A stretch of DNA of 64,000 nt. It comes from Felis catus (lineage: Eukaryota). The translations under genes were made by a program, and so were the position numbers. Of the stretch, positions 58,587 to 64,000 are shown piece after piece (position 1 is the stretch's first letter; each line of letters begins with the position of its first letter). A model generated the notes under the pieces. It was not told the DNA's origin, searched no databases, and saw only the letters and a list, made by a program, of their open reading frames with translations. The stretch lies in the NCBI RefSeq assembly GCF_018350175.1, contig NC_058380.1, forward strand, positions 91,450,001 through 91,514,000, given 5' to 3'.

Positions 58587-59294
58587 CAACTTCAGACATT
58601 TTAAACTTACCTAGATTTGTTTCATGGACTAGCACATGTTCTGTGCTGGAAAATGTTCCATATACATTTGAGAAGAACATATAACCTGCTGCTGTTGGGT
58701 AGAGTGTTGTATAGATGCCAGTTAGGTCAAAGTGGTTGCTAGCATCGTTCAAGTCTTCCTAACTCTTGCCGGTATTCTGCTGATACGTTGTTCTGCCCAT
58801 TATTGAGAGTGGAATATTAAATACTATTTTTGAATTATTTATTTTTCTCTTCACTTCTGTTTTTACTTCATGTATTTTTAGAGCTCTGTTGTTAGGCGCA
58901 TACATGTTTAATTGTTATACTGGACAATGATATACTATGAAAACAACCATAAGTGAACTGGAGTGTTTATACTCATAGCAGATGAAATTGACTTTAAGAC
59001 AGAACAATGTTACTAGAGACAAAAAGTTCACCACCCCCCTCAGAATTTTGAAGGTGTGCCTTTCCTTTCTGGGATCAGAGTAATGATGGCTATGGCCGGC
59101 CTGCTTTTTCTCTCTGAATTATTCTGAGACCTTCACTGATCCTTGGAAGTCTAAAACTTCACAAGGGTGTGTCTAGCACTGGGTTTTGTTCATCCATCCT
59201 GTCTTGAAACGGGAAGGTTTTCAGCTACCAAATTTCTTGTTAGGCTCCGACAATTTTCTCCATTCTATTTCCCTCTTGTTCTCCTTGCCTAATT

Positions 59295-59545
59295 AACCCA
59301 GAGGGATTCTAAGTATAGTCTGTTGGACCAGCTGTAGCAGCAGCATCCCCTGGTAAGACTTAGGAAATTCAGAACCTCAGGCTTTACCCCAGAACCCCAG
59401 AGCCACAATATGCATTTTAAGACCTGCAGGGGGCACCTGGGCGGCTTAGTTGGTTACGGGCTCCGTGCTGAGCCTGAAGCCTACTTTTAAAAAGAGATCT
59501 GCATGTGGTTTGTCTGCACAAAAAGATCTGAGCAGCACTGGGGCC
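59295..59545 (+). mobile_element. MER5-type (hAT-Charlie) DNA transposon remnant with a short SINE fragment inside (about 59428-59495)
   Basis: 'ggaccagctgtagcagcagcatcccctgg...aggaaattcagaacctcagg..taccccagaacc' and end '...ctgcacaaaaagatctgagcagcactg' resemble MER5A; the insert 'ggggcacctgggcggcttagttggtta' is a SINE head. Confidence 0.6.
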
Positions 59546-59683
59546 GACCTCTAATCTTTTCTTTCATGGTATCTTTTTGCTACCACCACACCCCTTTTAG
59601 GGTTTTATTTCATATTCTAGCAGATTTCCACTATGTTGTCTTCCAGAATAGTTACGGAGGATTTTTTCAGCAGCAATATTTTT

Positions 59684-59897
59684 AAAAACTTTTCTTGCTG
59701 TTTACTTATTTTTGAGAGACAAAGACAGAGCGCGAGCAGCGGAGGGGCAAAGAAAGAGGGAGACACAGAATCCGAAGCAGGTTCCTGGCTCTGAGCTGTT
59801 AGCACAGAGCCCGACACGGGGCCCAAACCCATAAACTGTGAGATCATGACCTGAGCCAAAGTCGGACGCTCCACAGACAAAGCCACCCAGGCGCCCC
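59684..59897 (-). mobile_element. Full-length Can-SINE
   Basis: T-tail, 'gagagacaaagacagagcgcgag...gaatccgaagcagg...gagatcatgacctgagccaaagtcggacgctc...gccacccaggcgcccc'. Confidence 0.9.
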
Positions 59898-61504
59898 TAT
59901 GTTTTTAATTTCTCTTGTTCGTTTTCTTTTACGGCAAACGATTCTTATGTAATAGATGCGATGCTTCCTAGAATCTGTCACGGTGTGTAAACCCCATTGA
60001 TCCTGGATTCTGCTTTCAGGGGCACTGTTCTCCTTGCTAATGCGGATCTCGCTCTTCCAGCAGCTGGTTTCCTTCAGCCCTGAATCAGCCATGGTTGAAT
60101 GCTCCTGGCTCAGAAAAGGTGGCCGAGGCTTTTCCAGGAGGCTGCTGTGCAGCTTTTTGTTGTTTACCCGCCAGTCCCTCCCCCAACTCTAAAGGCTGCA
60201 GATGTTGGCAGCAGGCGGAGAGGCCTTAGGCTGGGCAGTCCCTAAATGCAGGGTGAAGGGACGTGGTGGAAACGGAGATTCACTGCCAGGAAAGGCTTGC
60301 TGCCCAGCCTCGGGGAGTGTGGCCAACAGGCAGCCTTAGCCGTCAGCCCCTTTGGGGCCCGCCTTGCCTGAAGAGAGTCACGTCACACAAAGCCACACCC
60401 TCCCGGACACCGGTGATGAGCCGGATGAAGGTCCAAAAGGCTGACCGAGGCCTGGCAGGTTGTCACTGCAGCTGACCGCCCCCTCCCCTGCCCTATCCAG
60501 TGTTGAACCCCGACAGCTGTCCTGTATCCCAAACTCTACCTCAGCGTCTGCTTCCAGAGAACTCCGGCTGGCACAGCTGTTCCCGGACTGGTCTGAGAAG
60601 GTGGGCAGTAAGATGGGCCTGGCAGTCTGAGTCAGGCCCACCCCGCTGGCAGCGACTCTTGCACTGATGGGCAGTGGAGCTGACAGCCCCTGGTCTGAGG
60701 CGTCTGTCCAGCCACCAACGATTGTGTAGGGATGGGTCACCCAGATGGCTGGCGCTAAGCCCTTTCCTGTTTGACAGGAAGACAGTGAACACCTGGGTGC
60801 TGGGGGACAGCCACTGAATGCCAGGTGGGGCCTCCGGTCACTAGTAGAGAAGTTCTCATCCCCTTCAAGGGTGCTGGAAAGAGCCCAAGCCTTCACACTC
60901 AGGACAGCTGGATCTCAAGGACGGCTGCAGCCAAGGCAGGCCCAATGAGCCAGGGTCAGAAGCCTAGCTGGGAGCCTGGGGCTGCACACTTGGGGTGGAA
61001 ATGCCCCAAAAGCTTTGACACAGACTCTCCTAACCCTTCGGAGCCTGCAGACACGGTCCCCACCCGCCCCGAGGAAGACAAGGCAGACACTTAGCTTCCT
61101 CCCGAGATCATACCTGAGCAATCTCCCCTCCCCACCATGAGGCCTTTGCTGGGCAGAGTCCAGCAGAACCTGGCCAGCCAGCTTTGCACCCGGGGGAAAA
61201 GGATCCCACCCGAGGAACCTCAGGATCCTTCCGGCTGACAGTAGGGGAGCTGGGGCCAGGCTGTGGGAGTGGATGCTGGAGCCTCTGATGAGGGGTTACA
61301 ACGTCCCCTGACACGGAAGATGCTATATTTGGGAACTTTCTCCTGAGAGGCCAGATTAGAGCCTTCACCATGACCTTTAGGACTTGGCTGGACCTTGCCA
61401 GGAAACTTGAGGTGGAGAGGTCACCATTGTCACAACAGAAAGCAAGCAAGAACAGGGAAGGAGGCTCAGGGGACCTGGGAGGTTGGATGGGATGGAAACC
61501 CACA

Positions 61505-61505
<1 letters not shown>

Positions 61506-61557
<52 letters not shown>

Positions 61558-61560
61558 ACG
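61506..61560. repeat. (CA)n microsatellite, about 22 perfect units
   Basis: Direct reading: (ac)22 followed by aacacacacg. Confidence 0.95.
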
Positions 61561-64000
61561 AATTGGGGATGTGAGGGCCAGCAGCTCTAAGTGGGGTCCA
61601 CACGACTAGGCGACCTGGAGGTGGTGAGACAAGACGCCACATGGAGCTTGTGGCCCCAGTGGGAGAGTCACACAGGCTGTAAATGAGGAAGGCCTCCATG
61701 CAAAGAGTAGGGAAGCCAGTGTCCTTGAAAAACAGCACCAGGCGCAGCAGAGACAGACACGGCTCCCCAGCACTCATGACAGGAATGGTCAGGACACTTC
61801 GGAACTCCTAGAGCTTCTGGAAGGATGATAGACTCCAGGCTTCCAGCTGTCGACAGGAGAAAAGAATGGGGGTGCCAGGCCCCTGCTGGGAGCTGGGACC
61901 GTGACCCCAGCCCCTCAGGCTATTCCCTCCACTGGCCCCTCAGTGCCAGGGGCTGCGGCACGTACCCAGTGACCAGACACCAGGGGGGCCACCTCTCCCT
62001 TGGCGTCCAGTCCTGGGCATGCGTGAGGGGCCAGATCAGCAGAGCCACTCCCTGCCCAAGGCCACAAAGGGAAGGTGAGTCACCTGTCCCCGTGCCAAGA
62101 CTGTCCCTGGCCAGCACGACCCCAGTCTCTGCCCAGGTCCGGCCTGTCTAGCACTGGCACAGGCCAAGGCTGGGGTCCCGCGCTCTGGCTGCAGCCTGAG
62201 AACCCGGGGCCCCAAGCCAGGCTGATTGGGGAGCAGCCAGTTAGCTGCCCCACACACTGTCCCCGGACTGTCACTGTGGCAACCAGCATGGTGACAATGA
62301 CTGTTGATCATGTCATACCACCCCAGGGGTGTGGTCACCCCATGGTCACCGAATGCCACACCACAATCATTGCACAGTCCCTGTCCCCATCCCCACATCC
62401 CTGTGTCCCTGTCCCCGTGTCCCCATCCCCATGCCCTGTCCTTGTCCCGTGCCCCGCTCCTTGTGGTCCTCGTGGCCTAGCCCTCCAGCCCCCCAGTGCC
62501 CACCACCTACCCCCACCCACCCCCCACGCACAGCCTGCACCCCTAAAACTGAATTCTCTCAATCTCCCTTGGAGGCCTTGGCTCCTCGGCCAGGGCTACG
62601 GTTGGTTCAGGCTGCTGAATTTTAGGTCTTTTCCCCAACAACCAGTGGGACCAACTCCAGTGGCCGCACGTGGTGGCTAATTGGTCTGAAATATAAGCAG
62701 GCGGGGAGCACCGTCCCCAACCAGCTTGCCAGTAGCTTCTGACAGATCTTGGTGCTCACGGACCTCCCGCGCTCTCTGGAGGGAGACACAGACTCCACGT
62801 ACGGGGCCACGGTCCCCACGCTGCACCCCTGCGGCCCCACCGAGGCTGGGGAAGACCCGCTGGCCCCGGCCCCTAGCCCTGCTGCTCCGGGCCCCGGTGC
62901 CTGCTGCTCTCCCCTCCGGAAAGCAGCACGGGGCACCTCCCCGCCCGCTGACGCGAAGGGCGGCGTGGAATGCAGCCTGCCGCTCCGCCAGGCCGCCTGC
63001 TCCCACGCCCTCACGCTGCGGCGACACCCCCACGGAAGCCGGTTTCCCCAGGGCAAGGATGTCACCAGGGCGGTGGGTTCAGAGCCCGCTGACTCCTCCA
63101 GTGGCTTGTAGTGGACTAGCGGAGGGTGGACGTGTGTCCCCGGTGTGTCCCCGCACCCGGACCTGGGCGTGGCGGCGGGGTCGGGGCCAGGCCCAAAGCC
63201 CAGAGGAGGACTCTGCTCCCACCCGCGCTGTGCCAGCCCTTCGCAGACCTCAGAACCGAACCGCGTGCCTTCCGACGCTTCTCCCAGCTGCTCCGCTGGC
63301 AAGCAGAGGGCCCGGGACAGAGGAGGGCCAGCCAAGGCGGGGGCCCAGGTCCGGGGTCCTGCCCACAGCTGCTGCTCCTCACTGCCACAGCCCAACGACC
63401 GGGCAGCCTCTTTCCTACACCAGCTGGGGAAGCTACTGAAACGGCCTGTTTTTAAAGACCCCGTTTATTGTAAAAGAATTACAGCCGCGCGTAAAGTTTC
63501 AAACACGGCCCAGAGATCGGGGGCACAAGAGCCTTCGGAAAGGCTTTTCCACAGGATTGAAGCACGTCCCCAAACCAGGAACACGGGTGGAGCCCTAGGT
63601 CACTGCTCACAGGTGCGCGCTGCTGTGCACACTGCACTCAAGAGGCAGGACGGGCCCCTCAGCACAAAACTGTCCCTCCCCAGACCACCGATAAGGAAGC
63701 CACGGACTTCTGAGAGGCTGCCAAACTCTTTGATTTCCCGCAGAACGTGGCGGATTCCCAATAAACGCAAGATGCCGTGATTGATCCCTGGCCTGGCGAG
63801 CGCAGTTTCTGACCGGCACGGGTGCTGGGAACGGCAACCAGGGGTTCCCAGCTCCGTGCATCCAAGAGAGCAAGAGTCCACACGCTGAGCCCGCACCTGC
63901 TCTGGGCGGCCCAGGAGTCCCCTCGAGCTCCCACCCAGCTCTTCGCCAGGGTCTCAGGGAGGCCAGGGACCACCTAGTGAGTCTGACACCCTGGGGCGGA

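Larger units (their letters stand above)
55850..58920 (-). mobile_element. Old L1M ORF2 remnant, interrupted by a younger L1 and several SINEs
   Basis: Runs matching the L1 ORF2 reverse strand, e.g. 'gttgagagtatttatcaggaatggatgttggattttgtcaaatgctttttctgcat' and 'ggaaaatgttccatatacatttgagaagaac...ctgctgttgggtagagtgttgtatagatgcc'. No intact ORF. Confidence 0.8.

Noticed and set aside
60413-60445. GTGATGA...CTGA pair resembling a C/D-box snoRNA
   Set aside because: The boxes are only about 30 nt apart, the site is intergenic, and there is no terminal stem.

Overview
Eukaryotic, very GC-rich mammalian DNA. The feline-type Can-SINE (SINEC_Fc-like) and carnivore L1 3' end point to a cat or other felid. 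Gene order matches human 9q34.3 in reverse orientation: TPRN (+, 4 coding exons, 748 aa), SSNA1 (-, 3 exons, 119 aa), ANAPC2 (+, 13 exons, 818 aa; head-to-head with SSNA1, start codons 167 bp apart), TMEM210 (+, 4 exons, 153 aa), LRRC26 (+, 2 exons, 320 aa), then GRIN1 (-, NMDA receptor GluN1). GRIN1 runs tail-to-tail with LRRC26 and has its promoter and a near-consensus REST site at about 53 kb. A repeat-rich intergenic block (L1, SINEs, MER5) follows. All visible exon boundaries were read by hand and keep frame. Six N-runs (1,065 bp) each fall on GRIN1 coding exons, hiding the N1 and C1 cassettes and most of C2 and C2'. No wholly new gene family is evident. The best leads are RNA-level. Three tandem duplications in GRIN1 each copy a splice site, including four identical in-frame 5' splice sites 24 nt apart after exon 7. 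An inverted repeat could loop out the C2' acceptor. GRIN1 has a 12-codon uORF. The LRRC26/GRIN1 junction has no canonical poly(A) signal. ANAPC2 intron 10 holds a complete two-LTR MLT1 element with asymmetric CpG content. Comparisons with human sequence are from memory and are flagged as needing a check.
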